Shown here: in pieces, positions 44,741-54,177 of the stretch
Numbering within the stretch: the stretch's first letter is position 1
How the letters are laid out: every line of letters starts with the position of its first letter
Origin: Phycisphaerae bacterium
GTDB lineage: Bacteria; Planctomycetota; Phycisphaerae; Sedimentisphaerales; Anaerobacaceae
Reading direction: 5' to 3'
Assembly (NCBI GenBank): GCA_017993835.1
Contig: JAGOLX010000015.1
Location: 38,454-102,453 of the forward strand
Length of the DNA: 64,000 nt
Made by a program: the position numbers and the translations under genes
Notes under the pieces: model-generated
What the model was told of the DNA's origin: nothing
What the model saw: the letters and a program-made list of their open reading frames with translations, nothing else
The model's database searches: none

Positions 44741-46054
44741 CTACTTGCGACCGGCCGGCCGTCTGTCCTCGATCTGCTGTCTCGTCCGAATCGTGTTGTC
44801 CTGGAGGTGCACGGGGCCCGCTTTCTCCTCGATGAGAATTCCAACCGACGGTTCTTCCCGCGTGTCGCGAATCGTGTTCTTGACGAACGTCAGGTCGTTG
44901 ACCTCCCCGCGGATGCGGACCTCGGGTCCGCCGTTGTTCTCGATGGTGTTGTCTTCGAATCGGTTGCGGTGGGGGGCCATGCCGACCGACTCATCGCGGA
45001 AGAACAGGCCGTTCTGCTTGTTCAGGCGGGACGTGTTTCGCCGGAACAGGTTGTCGGAGTCCTTGTGGCCGATGGAGATGCCGAACTGACCGTTCTCTTC
45101 CAGCAGGTTGTCCTCGAACAGGCCGTGACGGACCCGCCAGCAGAGGAACAGGCCATCGGTCCCGTTGCGACGTGCGGTGCAATGGCGGATCGTCGGGCGC
45201 TGCGAGCCGCTGCCGGGGTGGAGCCCGAGAGCCGCGTTCTCCTCAGATATGCAATCGAGGACGGTGACATCGTTGGACTGCTGGAAGCTGATGCCGTCGC
45301 CGTTGTAGTTGCGGACGAGGCAGCCGCTGATGACGGTGCCGAATGCCCGGTAGAGGAAGATCCCCGCGCCGCAGCACCCGTTGAGCGGGATGTTCTCCTG
45401 TTTGTTCCCGTCGACGACGAGGTCCTCGATTCGCACGCCCTCGGCGTCGTAGGCGCTGACGACTGGGAATACGGTGGCCGCCTTGGCGTCGTTGCGGACC
45501 ATGCAGTCGGCCATGAGAGGCTTGCTGATGGCGAAGGTGTTGCCCGTTCGGCCGATGATGCGAGCGACGGTGGTGTGGAAACCGCCGGCGCTTTTGTCCC
45601 AGATGGCCACGCCGGCACCGACAGCGAATCCGTTCGGGTCGCGGACGGTGATCTGCTCTTCGCCGAAGTCGCCGTCCAGAGCCAGGGCGGACACGGCTCC
45701 GGCGGCCTTCCGCAGAATGGTCTTGCCCTTGCCCCCTCGAACGGTCACGTTCGAGCGAAGGTGCAGCGAGTCGCGCATGAGGTACTCGCCTTCGTGGATC
45801 TCGACGACGCCACCCCCAAGGCCGGCAACGTAATCGACGGCGGCCTGAAGGACCCGGTTGTCGGTGCCGATCAGGTCCGCATCACTCTTGCCGACGGTGA
45901 TCCGCGGCAACTGCGACATCGCGGAATGCATGGCCCTGGGTATTTGTTGTTCCTGCGGCGGGGGGGAGAAGTCCGGCGTCGGTTCCCCGGCCTGAGAACC
46001 GCAGGCGATGACGACGGTGACTGCCAGAATCGAAGCGACCGCGACACGTCTCAT
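44741..46054 (-). CDS. right-handed parallel beta-helix repeat protein (pectate-lyase fold), lipoprotein-like signal
   Basis: ATG at 46052-46054 after AGGAG. Signal MRRVAVASILAVTVVIACGS. Repeating ~22-aa beta-helix turns (GISFQQSNDVTVLDCISEENA, GLFLCWRVRHGLFEDNLLEENG, GISIGHKDSDNLFRRNT). Confidence 0.8.
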   Translation of the reverse strand: MRRVAVASILAVTVVIACGSQAGEPTPDFSPPPQEQQIPRAMHSAMSQLPRITVGKSDADLIGTDNRVLQAAVDYVAGLGGGVVEIHEGEYLMRDSLHLRSNVTVRGGKGKTILRKAAGAVSALALDGDFGEEQITVRDPNGFAVGAGVAIWDKSAGGFHTTVARIIGRTGNTFAISKPLMADCMVRNDAKAATVFPVVSAYDAEGVRIEDLVVDGNKQENIPLNGCCGAGIFLYRAFGTVISGCLVRNYNGDGISFQQSNDVTVLDCISEENAALGLHPGSGSQRPTIRHCTARRNGTDGLFLCWRVRHGLFEDNLLEENGQFGISIGHKDSDNLFRRNTSRLNKQNGLFFRDESVGMAPHRNRFEDNTIENNGGPEVRIRGEVNDLTFVKNTIRDTREEPSVGILIEEKAGPVHLQDNTIRTRQQIEDRRPAGRK

Positions 46055-46160
46055 AGCGCAGCTCCTGAAGGGGTTACGTGGCTGGGCCATCCCGGTCATG
46101 CTCATTCGTTTGGCGCGACAAGGATGGGACACACGTGCCACGTTGCCCGTATCGATGGCG

Positions 46161-46189
46161 ATTATGAGACTACCCTGGGTCGTTGTCAA
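46161..46189 (-). promoter_or_regulatory. sigma70-like promoter candidate for the beta-helix gene
   Basis: On the minus strand: TTGACA (46184-46189), 17-nt spacer, CATAAT (46161-46166), about 105 nt upstream of the ATG at 46054. Confidence 0.5.
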
Positions 46190-46323
46190 CCTCGCAGGAG
46201 AATCGCGTCCAGGCGTGGCAGGGCGGTTTGTAGTGTGCCCGCAAGGGCATATCCCCAACGGCGCAGCAGACAACGCCTTACGGCGTCACTACGAACCATC
46301 TCGCGGCCACCTGGTCGTTCAGA

Positions 46324-46881
46324 TCAGACACGACTTGAGGCCCCGGCGGCGGCTTGGAGCATCCCTTTCCATCGGCTGATGTGGCCGTCCTCGTCGGCCT
46401 GGTCCTTCTCGATCACCTTGCGGGTCTCGTCGTCCCATTCGATGGTTTCGAGCAGTTGGGCGTAGTGGTGGACCGCCTTGCTCTCGACCCAGACGCCGGT
46501 CTTGAAGATGGCCTTCTTGCCGAGCAGGCGGGACCCGAAGCCAAAGGCGAATCCGACCATCCAGTAAGCCGCCCGCAGGATGCTGGGTCGGAAGCCGTAC
46601 TCGTACAGCTTGACCTGGAAGTCCTGGTAGTGGCCCATCTCGTTGCACATCGCGGCGATCAGCAGGTTGTTCATCTGGCTCCGCTCTTTCGTGAGCTGGA
46701 ATCTGTAGATAGTCTGGGCCATGAGTTCCAGCGTGTGAAAGGTCCGAAGTCCCTTCCGGATGGCGGCCAGGCGCTCGGGAGAGAAGCCCTCGCCCCGCAG
46801 TTTGAACTGTTCCTCCCGCATCTCCGGGCGGATGATGGAAATGTCATACTTCAGTTTCGCTGTCGCCTGCTCTGCAGCCAT
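46324..46881 (-). CDS. ferritin-like di-iron protein (demethoxyubiquinone hydroxylase/COQ7-like family)
   Basis: ATG at 46879-46881 after GGGGAG. E/H-containing helices LELMAQTIY, CNEMGHYQDF, VESKAVHHY, ADEDGHISRW fit a four-helix di-iron carboxylate pattern. Confidence 0.55.
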   Translation of the reverse strand: MAAEQATAKLKYDISIIRPEMREEQFKLRGEGFSPERLAAIRKGLRTFHTLELMAQTIYRFQLTKERSQMNNLLIAAMCNEMGHYQDFQVKLYEYGFRPSILRAAYWMVGFAFGFGSRLLGKKAIFKTGVWVESKAVHHYAQLLETIEWDDETRKVIEKDQADEDGHISRWKGMLQAAAGASSRV

Positions 46882-47084
46882 ATCGGAACTCCCCTTACGT
46901 ATCGATCCAAGCACTGTCTGCCCTTCGGTGCTATACGCCGTCCCGCACTGGCGGTTCGACGCTCAGGGTATTTCATTGTCGCATGACCGGCGGCCGCCGT
47001 CAAACCCGGAGCCCCGCACCGCATTCCGGGTGCATCACCGGTCCGGTTGCCTCCCGCAGAGTGACAAGGCGTTGTCCGGACTCT

Positions 47085-47171
47085 GTCATTCCTGCGTCAG
47101 GCGGGAATCCAGGAGCCTTGGGACCCGGCGCGACCTGGGGAGTGGTGGATTCCCGCCTTCGCGGGAATGAC
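47085..47171. repeat. REP/MITE-like palindromic element, copy D
   Basis: gtcattcctgcgtcaggcgggaatcc ... ggattcccgccttcgcgggaatgac. The internal ccaggagccttggg is shared with the copy at 57967. Confidence 0.75.
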
Positions 47172-47423
47172 AACCCACGGCTCCATGCACCTCCAGCACA
47201 TACACACTGATGCGGTTATGCACCCCCGGTATTCCGCGCGGGCGAGGCGAAACAGCAACCGAAAGAATAAGGCTCTTTCCGCCAACAGGGCGCTGTCCTC
47301 GCGCGTTATCATAGTAGACGGCCGCAAAGTGAGCAGGCGTGCATGTGCAGAGTGCAAGACCGCAAGCGACATTCCGTTGAGGACGCAGGACCCGCGGGAC
47401 CGGGAGTGGCCCCAGTGCGTCTC

Positions 47424-47927
47424 ATGGATGTGTTCCTGCGGGAGCGGGAGCGTCTGATGTGGATCGCGGCCGGGATGGGAATGGACCGGGCCGATGCGGA
47501 CGATGTCCTCCAGGATGTCTCCGTCCAGGTCTTGAAGAACGAAGGTCGATTCGAGCAGGAAAACGTCATGGTTCGATGGCTGGTCACGACGACGGTAAAT
47601 CGGTGCCTGACGGAGCACCGCCGGCGGTTCCGACACAGGGCGTCGCGGATTCTCAAACGCCGGCCGGACATGGCCAGCGACCTCGCAGGAGACTGTAACG
47701 GCGCGGATCGTGTGGGTCTGGGCGAGGAGATCGAGGCCGTCCGCCGGACACTGGCCGAACTCGATCCGATGTTGTTGCAGGCGGTCGTCATGCGGTACTT
47801 CTGTGAGATGAAGTCGCACGAGATTGCGGATGTCCTGGAATGGAACGCCTCCACGGTGCGATGTCGGCTCCGTGAGGCCCGACTGATTCTGGCGCGAAAG
47901 CTTGTGGAACGAGGAATTGAGCCATGA
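47424..47927 (+). CDS. ECF-type RNA polymerase sigma factor
   Basis: DADDVLQDVSVQVL (region 2) and LDPMLLQAVVMRYFCEMKSHEIADVLEWNASTVRCRLREARLILARKL (region 4). ATGA overlap with the next gene. Confidence 0.85.
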   Translation: MDVFLRERERLMWIAAGMGMDRADADDVLQDVSVQVLKNEGRFEQENVMVRWLVTTTVNRCLTEHRRRFRHRASRILKRRPDMASDLAGDCNGADRVGLGEEIEAVRRTLAELDPMLLQAVVMRYFCEMKSHEIADVLEWNASTVRCRLREARLILARKLVERGIEP

Positions 47928-48445
47928 ACGGTCCCTGTGGAGAATTCGCGGACAAGATCGTCGATTACGTTGACGACGAATTGCCTGAGAACGAGGCCGA
48001 GGTGGTAGCCCGGCATCTGGCTACGTGTGAACGATGTCGCCAGGCGGCGACCGCATTGCAGCGATCTCTCGGACTGGCGAATGTGATCTGGTCCGACAAT
48101 CTGGGTAGTCCGCAGGCGGTCCCAGTATGGAGGTCGCGGCGCATCCAGTTCTGTGCCGTCGCGGCGAGCATCGTGATCGCGGCCTCCGTCCTCGTATCGA
48201 TCCTCTCGGACCACTCCGGGCGGCAGCTATCGATTAGTCCGGAAGACATGGAGCGACAGGTGACCCGGGCGGGCATGGCCGCCGAATTGCTCGCCGCTAC
48301 GCACATTGTCGCTCAGTGCGAGGGCACCGAGTCCATCGTCCAGCGACAGTACAGCTACATCCTCCGCGAGTACGCGGACACGCCTGCCGCCGAAACGATC
48401 AGAGCCAACTACCAGTTGAGATTGGGAGATAGACACCATGAATAG
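47924..48445 (+). CDS. zf-HC2 anti-sigma factor
   Basis: HLATCERCRQAATAL (H-x3-C-x2-C), one TM helix FCAVAASIVIAASVLVSIL, coupled to the sigma gene. Confidence 0.75.
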   Translation: MNGPCGEFADKIVDYVDDELPENEAEVVARHLATCERCRQAATALQRSLGLANVIWSDNLGSPQAVPVWRSRRIQFCAVAASIVIAASVLVSILSDHSGRQLSISPEDMERQVTRAGMAAELLAATHIVAQCEGTESIVQRQYSYILREYADTPAAETIRANYQLRLGDRHHE

Positions 48446-49493
48446 TCATAAGATGAGCCGACACACAATCGTTTTGGTCTTCGTTTCCATCTGCTCGCTT
48501 GCCTGGGGGAGCGAACCGAATGATGCCTCCATTCCTCCTGCGTTCGAGATCAGCTCCACGGCACGCGGGCCGTACTCGTCAGGGGACATAGTCTTGAGAT
48601 TTGGGCCCCAGTGGCGTCGGTTTGCCAACGCCAAACCAGGCTACGTAGCAGCTATCCCGATCACAGGTCCGACGGAGTTCTGGCCGCTCTTCGGAGGCAG
48701 AGCGTTCTTCAGCCTGGTCGAGCAACAGGTGAGCATATCCGAGGGTCAGAGGGCACTTCTGAAAGTCCTCAACAACCCGATTCGTGGGCGTAACCTGCTG
48801 TTGGAGCGTTCCGATCCCAATGATTCCATGCGCGTGTGTCTCTACGCCGTGACGTTGGAGGATGCTCAGAAGATGGCGCAGGCGTATCTTCAATGCGCTG
48901 TGAGCAACTTCCGTCACCAGATCGACGGACTGGAGACACTAACAGACAAGGGCGAAGAGCAGATTGCGGAAGCAGAGAAGAGATTGTCCGAGCTTGGGAC
49001 TCTTGCCGAAACCACTGCGAAGTCCTTGGAAGAACTGCGGAAGGAGGTTCCCTATCGCATGGTGGACGAAGCACAGGCCGCGATCGGCGAACTGGACCGA
49101 GTGCGGAATGCCGCCCAGGTCGAGGTTACGGGAATCCGCGCGAGAATCGAGGCCATTCAGGAATACCAGCAGCAGCGGATAGGTGTCCCCGCTGTCACCT
49201 CGAAGCTGCAGATTATGTTCATCGAAGAATCCGTAGCCCTGAAGGGTGCGGCGGCGCGAGAGAAGATGGCGATGCATCTCCGCGAGCAGGCGAGCCGCTT
49301 CTTCGACCTGGAATGCACCCTCGCGAATACGACGCAAGAGAAGGCGAGGATTACCGAGGACATCAACAGCTATCGAAACAACCTGAAGGTCGTGGCGGAC
49401 CAACTGGAATCCGCACGCGAGTTGGAACCCCAGATTCCCGACAGAGTAGTCATCTGCCCGGTCGCGTGGATCGGCGATGATCCAAACAATTAG
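48438..49493 (+). CDS. secreted coiled-coil protein of unknown function
   Basis: The ATG overlaps the anti-sigma gene by 8 nt. GGGAGA RBS. Signal peptide TIVLVFVSICSLAWG. The C-terminal ~200 aa are heptad-rich (EEQIAEAEKRLSELGTLAETTAKSLEELRKE...). No recognisable domain. Confidence 0.6.
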   Translation: MNSHKMSRHTIVLVFVSICSLAWGSEPNDASIPPAFEISSTARGPYSSGDIVLRFGPQWRRFANAKPGYVAAIPITGPTEFWPLFGGRAFFSLVEQQVSISEGQRALLKVLNNPIRGRNLLLERSDPNDSMRVCLYAVTLEDAQKMAQAYLQCAVSNFRHQIDGLETLTDKGEEQIAEAEKRLSELGTLAETTAKSLEELRKEVPYRMVDEAQAAIGELDRVRNAAQVEVTGIRARIEAIQEYQQQRIGVPAVTSKLQIMFIEESVALKGAAAREKMAMHLREQASRFFDLECTLANTTQEKARITEDINSYRNNLKVVADQLESARELEPQIPDRVVICPVAWIGDDPNN

Positions 49494-49520
49494 GTCGATC
49501 CGCCAGCCAGGGCACAAGCA

Positions 49521-52289
49521 CTATCGAGCGTCGTGCACCTGGATGTCGTCGATATAGATCGTGCCCACGGCGATGGTCGGATTAGCGCGATCCCCGAGAC
49601 CGATTACCATGGTCTCGACCTTGGCCATGTCCACAGGCGCCAGGTTGCCAAACGGGATGGACCACTCGACCCAGTCGGTCGTCTGGACGACGGCCGCATC
49701 CGCGTTCACTGCGGTCGCGGCCCGGCCGGTTGCGTCCGTGATGGTGACATCCAACCGCGTTGGGCCGTTCTCCGCAAGGCCGCGCACGTAGAGGACCAAC
49801 CGGCCGAGGTCGTGGACGGTCCAGTCCTGCGGCGAAGTCCAGTTCCGCTTGGCCTCGGAACGAGTAGCATCGCCGCTGTTGGCATACTGAAGGGGCATGG
49901 ATTGCCTTCCGTCGTGAACGATGGTCTGTTCCGCGAAGGGCGTCTCCCAGTAGCCGACCTGCGAACCGTTGTCGGCGATATCATAGCCGTCGAGCCAGGT
50001 CTGGAAGATCGCTTCGACAGCGTTCATATCATCCGTGTAGCTCTCGAAGTCATCCACGATGAGATAGTCGCCGACGACGAGCGTCCAGACGTTGCCCGCG
50101 GTGACGGTCCTGTCCTGGGCGATTTCGTCCACTCGCCAGAAGTAGACCGTGTCCCAGGCGAGCGACTCCGCGAGGTCGTATGTCGTTTCGGTTTGGCGGC
50201 CCTTGTAGATCCCGGTGGTCTCAGCCGTCGCGGTCTGCACCGCCGCCTTGTCCGTTCCGAAGTAGACATCGTGCTGGGCTGCCCCATCGCCGGCCGACCA
50301 GCTCAACGGCTGGTCGTACCGGAGATCGACTATCTGGTTGATGGCCGGGCTCGGATTCCAGGCCAGCTTCAGATTGCCGCGCATGGCGTTCACGATCTCG
50401 ACTTGCGTCAGCACGCGGTTGTACGCACGGACCTCGTCGATCAGACCCGTGAAATATCGCGAATCCAGCGTATTGGCCCCGATCTCGATGAGGGGATTGG
50501 AGCCCACGTTGTTGTCGCCCGAGTGCGTCCCAGTCGCATCCACGGTCCCGTTGACGAGGACCTCGACCTCGCTGGAACTGTCCAGCCTCGTAACCGCGAC
50601 GTGTACCCACTCCCCGGTGACCACGTCGCGATTGGAGAAGGTGGTGGGATTGCCGCCGGGACCGGTCTCGAAGGCCAGCTTGGTCCCTACGACAGCCACG
50701 GTGAAGTGGTCGCCGCCGCCGGCATGGTCGGACCAGAGCAGTCCGTTGCCCTCTCGGCCCGTCGTGCCCTCGGGTCCCGGCGTGCTGGTCTTCATCCAGG
50801 CCATCAGCGTGAGGTCGCCCGTGATGACTTGGGGCACCTCGACGCGATCGTCCAGGCCGTCGAAGGCCAGAGCGCCGAGGTTGTAGCCTTCGATGCGGTT
50901 CGGATCGCCGAAGGTCCGGCCGTGGTTGCCGTTGCCCGACCAGTCAATTGCGATCCCGTTCTCGTCCTGATCGAAAGTCCACCAGCCGACGAAGTTCGGG
51001 TCGGTCACCTGAATGTCCGGCGTGGTTTTGAAACTCCACACGTCGCCGACGTGGGTGTCAACCCCGTCGAATTCATCCACTCGCCAGTAGTAGCGAGTCC
51101 CGAATTCGAGCTGGATCGGCGCGTAGGTCGCTGCCGTTTGATTCTGCGACACGAGGGCCGGAGCATTCGCGTCCGTGCCGATGTATACGCTGTGCGAGAC
51201 CGCACCCGACCCCGGCGTCCAGATCAGGGTGACATTCGGATCCACGAGGATCGCACCGTCGGCAGGAACCGGAAGCGACGCGAGCTTCGCGGAGACGGTG
51301 AAGCTCCAGACGGCGCCGGGATACACGGTGGAGCCATCGGCCTCGACCTCATCGACCCGCCAGAAGTAGGTCTTGCCCAATTCCCAAGGGTATCCCGAGA
51401 AGGAGGCGTCGCTGGTCACGCCCTGGTCGGTGTTGCCTGTGCCGTTTCTGACGTCCTCCTCGCTCGGGCCGACGTACACGTGGTGCTCTGCTGCGGTCTC
51501 GCCCGGCGTCCAGGTGAGTGTGGGATTTGCTGAACCGACCGTCGTCCCGTCGGCCGGCTGCGGATTCGTCGCGTAGCGCAGCCACTGGGGACCGACCCAG
51601 AACACGTTCTCGACGTCCGCGGCGCTCAGCGAGTGATTCCAGACGGCCACCTCGTCGAGCACGCCGATGAATCGGCGCCACTGGGCCCGTCCGTCCGACC
51701 GCGGGCCGCCGATGCGAACCGTGGAAATGGCATCGGACAGGCTGCCCGCGGAGCTCGCGGCCAGGCGGCTGTCCACGTAGATCTTGATCGTGCTGATGCT
51801 GCTGTCGTAGACGACTGCGACGTGATGCCATTGACTGTCGTTGAGCTTGGCGCCGCTGGTGCCGAACCAGATGGGCCGACCGACAAAGACGTCCGCCGCT
51901 CCATCGGGCTCCAGACTGTGGTCGTCCGCCGAGCCGATCATCACGAAGATGATCCCCCACGCCTGGAACACCGTCGGCATCTTCATCCAGAACGAATAGG
52001 ACGCCTGCGAGACGTTGAGCACCCCCGACGGCATCGCCACATCGCACAGGGTGAACGGGCCGGTGGCGGTCACGAACTCCAGGGCGCCGCCCTCGTACCC
52101 GTCGGTCGTCCATCGGACCTGGCTCTCGTTCGCCGGGTCGATGGTGCCGTCGTGCCAGTAGGCGGTCTCATCCCAGAACGCGGCGCCCTGGCCGTCGTTC
52201 AACTTCCAGTACCCCACCAGTTCAGCCCCGGCGGGGACCGCCAATCCTGCCGCCAACGTGATCGCCAGACAAATCATCTTCTTGCCCAT
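49521..52289 (-). CDS. secreted 2x LamG + 3x YYWRVDE-module protein with CBM-like C-terminus
   Basis: AGGAGG RBS and signal peptide. LamG 1 (GYWKLNDGQGAAFWDE...YSFWMKM...FIGVLDEVAVWNHSLS), LamG 2 (WWTFDQDENGIAIDWSGNGNHG...LIDEVRAYNRVLT). C-terminal VDDFESYTDD...FQTWLDGY...GSQVGY. Confidence 0.85.
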   Translation of the reverse strand: MGKKMICLAITLAAGLAVPAGAELVGYWKLNDGQGAAFWDETAYWHDGTIDPANESQVRWTTDGYEGGALEFVTATGPFTLCDVAMPSGVLNVSQASYSFWMKMPTVFQAWGIIFVMIGSADDHSLEPDGAADVFVGRPIWFGTSGAKLNDSQWHHVAVVYDSSISTIKIYVDSRLAASSAGSLSDAISTVRIGGPRSDGRAQWRRFIGVLDEVAVWNHSLSAADVENVFWVGPQWLRYATNPQPADGTTVGSANPTLTWTPGETAAEHHVYVGPSEEDVRNGTGNTDQGVTSDASFSGYPWELGKTYFWRVDEVEADGSTVYPGAVWSFTVSAKLASLPVPADGAILVDPNVTLIWTPGSGAVSHSVYIGTDANAPALVSQNQTAATYAPIQLEFGTRYYWRVDEFDGVDTHVGDVWSFKTTPDIQVTDPNFVGWWTFDQDENGIAIDWSGNGNHGRTFGDPNRIEGYNLGALAFDGLDDRVEVPQVITGDLTLMAWMKTSTPGPEGTTGREGNGLLWSDHAGGGDHFTVAVVGTKLAFETGPGGNPTTFSNRDVVTGEWVHVAVTRLDSSSEVEVLVNGTVDATGTHSGDNNVGSNPLIEIGANTLDSRYFTGLIDEVRAYNRVLTQVEIVNAMRGNLKLAWNPSPAINQIVDLRYDQPLSWSAGDGAAQHDVYFGTDKAAVQTATAETTGIYKGRQTETTYDLAESLAWDTVYFWRVDEIAQDRTVTAGNVWTLVVGDYLIVDDFESYTDDMNAVEAIFQTWLDGYDIADNGSQVGYWETPFAEQTIVHDGRQSMPLQYANSGDATRSEAKRNWTSPQDWTVHDLGRLVLYVRGLAENGPTRLDVTITDATGRAATAVNADAAVVQTTDWVEWSIPFGNLAPVDMAKVETMVIGLGDRANPTIAVGTIYIDDIQVHDAR

Positions 52290-52411
52290 GACGGTCCTCC
52301 TGCCGAAGAAAGTGACGGTGTTACGCCTTGCCTGTTGTCGGTCGAACCCAAACAGATCTGTCTGACCCTTGCTGCGTCGGACAGATGACTCGCGTGATGC
52401 CTGTACTTGGT

Positions 52412-52441
52412 ATTATAGCGATCGAATGGCGGCTGAGTAAA
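52412..52441 (-). promoter_or_regulatory. sigma70-like promoter candidate for the LamG gene at 52289
   Basis: On the minus strand: TTTACT (52436-52441), 18-nt spacer, TATAAT (52412-52417). Confidence 0.35.
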
Positions 52442-52581
52442 CGCCTAATTGCGAAGAAATGGAGATCGGAATCGGCTGTGCGCATACAAACCCGCCGCTG
52501 GCGATGAGGCCGTATTGCACGGTTCTCGCCCCCGGCGGTCTTCACGAATCCAGCCGGAATCTCAGGCCTGCGAGCGGTCGC

Positions 52582-54150
52582 CTACGCCTCTTTGACCACT
52601 TTGTAGCCCAGTGCGTCGGCCAAGGCAAAGAGCGGCTCTTTCAAGTCGCCGTAGCAGGTGACGCGGTGCCAGCCCCACTGATCCCACTGAGTAAAGAGTC
52701 TCTCGATGTCCCCGACGGGCTCCACCGCCAGCTTGGTCCGGCAGGCGCGGTCGTCCGGGTCGTTCCCCACAGCCTTGCCCTGGTGGAAGAGCATTTCCTT
52801 GCGGCTCTGCTCGAACTCAATGGTCGTGGTCATGTAGCCCAGAGGCAGGATCGACCGCACGGATGCGCCGTCGCGGTCCTCCGAGTGCGTCATGATCGTG
52901 AACGGGTTCGTCGGGCCCTTGGGACCGAAGACCTTGTTCGAGGCCACGCAGTGGGCGTAGATGATCTGGCGTTTCGCGGTGTCGATGACCGGGTCGGAGA
53001 TGTAGCCGGGCCGGCCCTGCGTCAGTGTCGTGAGCGCGACCATCGTCGCCGTCGAACGGGTGTCGCATTCACAGGCGCCGATGAGGCCCTCGTTGTTCAG
53101 CTCGTGGAAGCCCAGGCAGGGATAGGCGTGGATATGCCCGCCGTAGAAGCCGCCCAGGCAGTTGATTGTGATGGCGTTGGCGCCGTGCTTCTTCAGCACC
53201 GCCTTCATGCCCAAGTACATCGCGGCCGACGTGTCGAGAGTCTCCTGCGAGATGTCGATCACTGCGGAAGCGTTCTTTCGCCACTGGTTGGCGATGGCGC
53301 GGGATTCGTCCTTGTCCGCGACCTTCCAGGCCTCGTTGACCTCGGCGAACGACACCCGCTCCACGGAGATGCCCAGGAGCGAGTCCGCGGGACCGGAGTT
53401 CTGGTCGCGGACCGCGAGAATCTTCGATTCTTTCATCCGCTGGAGGCACTCCTGGGTCGAGAGCGTCTTAAAGGAATCGGGCGAACAGGCCATGTCGCCG
53501 GTCTTGGGAGTCCGGCCGGTCCGCACCTTGGCGGTCGCGGCGACGAAGTCCGAGACCGAACCGCCTTTACGGACCACGTCGAAGCAGTTGACCGCTTCGA
53601 CCAGGTCCTCGAATCGCGACGAGGCCACGAATCCCACGTTCGCCGTCTGGTTGCGGAGAAAGGCCGCCATGTAGACGAGGAACCCGCCGCTGCCGCCATA
53701 CTGGAAATCCACGTACAGCACCGGCTTGCCCGACGTCGCGATCGTCTGCACCACCTGGTTCCAGGCGTTCATCTGATAGATGATGTAGCCGCCGATGCTG
53801 GCGGACTTGTCGTCTTCGAGGATCTTCTTGGCTTGATCGGCCCCGGTGGCCATGGAAGAGACGAATTCGAACTGCGGGCACGACTTCGCCAGGCCTGTGC
53901 TAACGCGATCCATGAACGGGCGGAAATCGAAACCCTTGTTCGGCCAGTCCGGGCCCGGCTGCACCGGCGCGTGCAGCGAGTACACGATCCGAATCCGCAT
54001 CTTCTTGCCGCCGGAGGCTGCGAACAGCGGACTTGCGCTCGACAGCAGCCCCGCGGCGCCTGCGCACGCTGCCCCGCACCCGGCCGCCAGGAACCGCCGG
54101 CGATTCAGCATGCAGCACGCACACCCGGAGACCATTCTACTCTTGTCCAT
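52582..54150 (-). CDS. Tat-signal protein resembling L-fucose/L-arabinose isomerase-family enzymes
   Basis: Twin-arginine LNRRRFLAAGCGAACAGAAG. The central/C-terminal ITINCLGGFYGG..AYPCLGFHELNNEGLIGACECD...YAHCV pattern resembles the COG2407 isomerase family. Assignment from memory only. Confidence 0.45.
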   Translation of the reverse strand: MDKSRMVSGCACCMLNRRRFLAAGCGAACAGAAGLLSSASPLFAASGGKKMRIRIVYSLHAPVQPGPDWPNKGFDFRPFMDRVSTGLAKSCPQFEFVSSMATGADQAKKILEDDKSASIGGYIIYQMNAWNQVVQTIATSGKPVLYVDFQYGGSGGFLVYMAAFLRNQTANVGFVASSRFEDLVEAVNCFDVVRKGGSVSDFVAATAKVRTGRTPKTGDMACSPDSFKTLSTQECLQRMKESKILAVRDQNSGPADSLLGISVERVSFAEVNEAWKVADKDESRAIANQWRKNASAVIDISQETLDTSAAMYLGMKAVLKKHGANAITINCLGGFYGGHIHAYPCLGFHELNNEGLIGACECDTRSTATMVALTTLTQGRPGYISDPVIDTAKRQIIYAHCVASNKVFGPKGPTNPFTIMTHSEDRDGASVRSILPLGYMTTTIEFEQSRKEMLFHQGKAVGNDPDDRACRTKLAVEPVGDIERLFTQWDQWGWHRVTCYGDLKEPLFALADALGYKVVKEA

Positions 54151-54177
54151 AAGGATGCTCCCAAAGCTAATAAGGTG

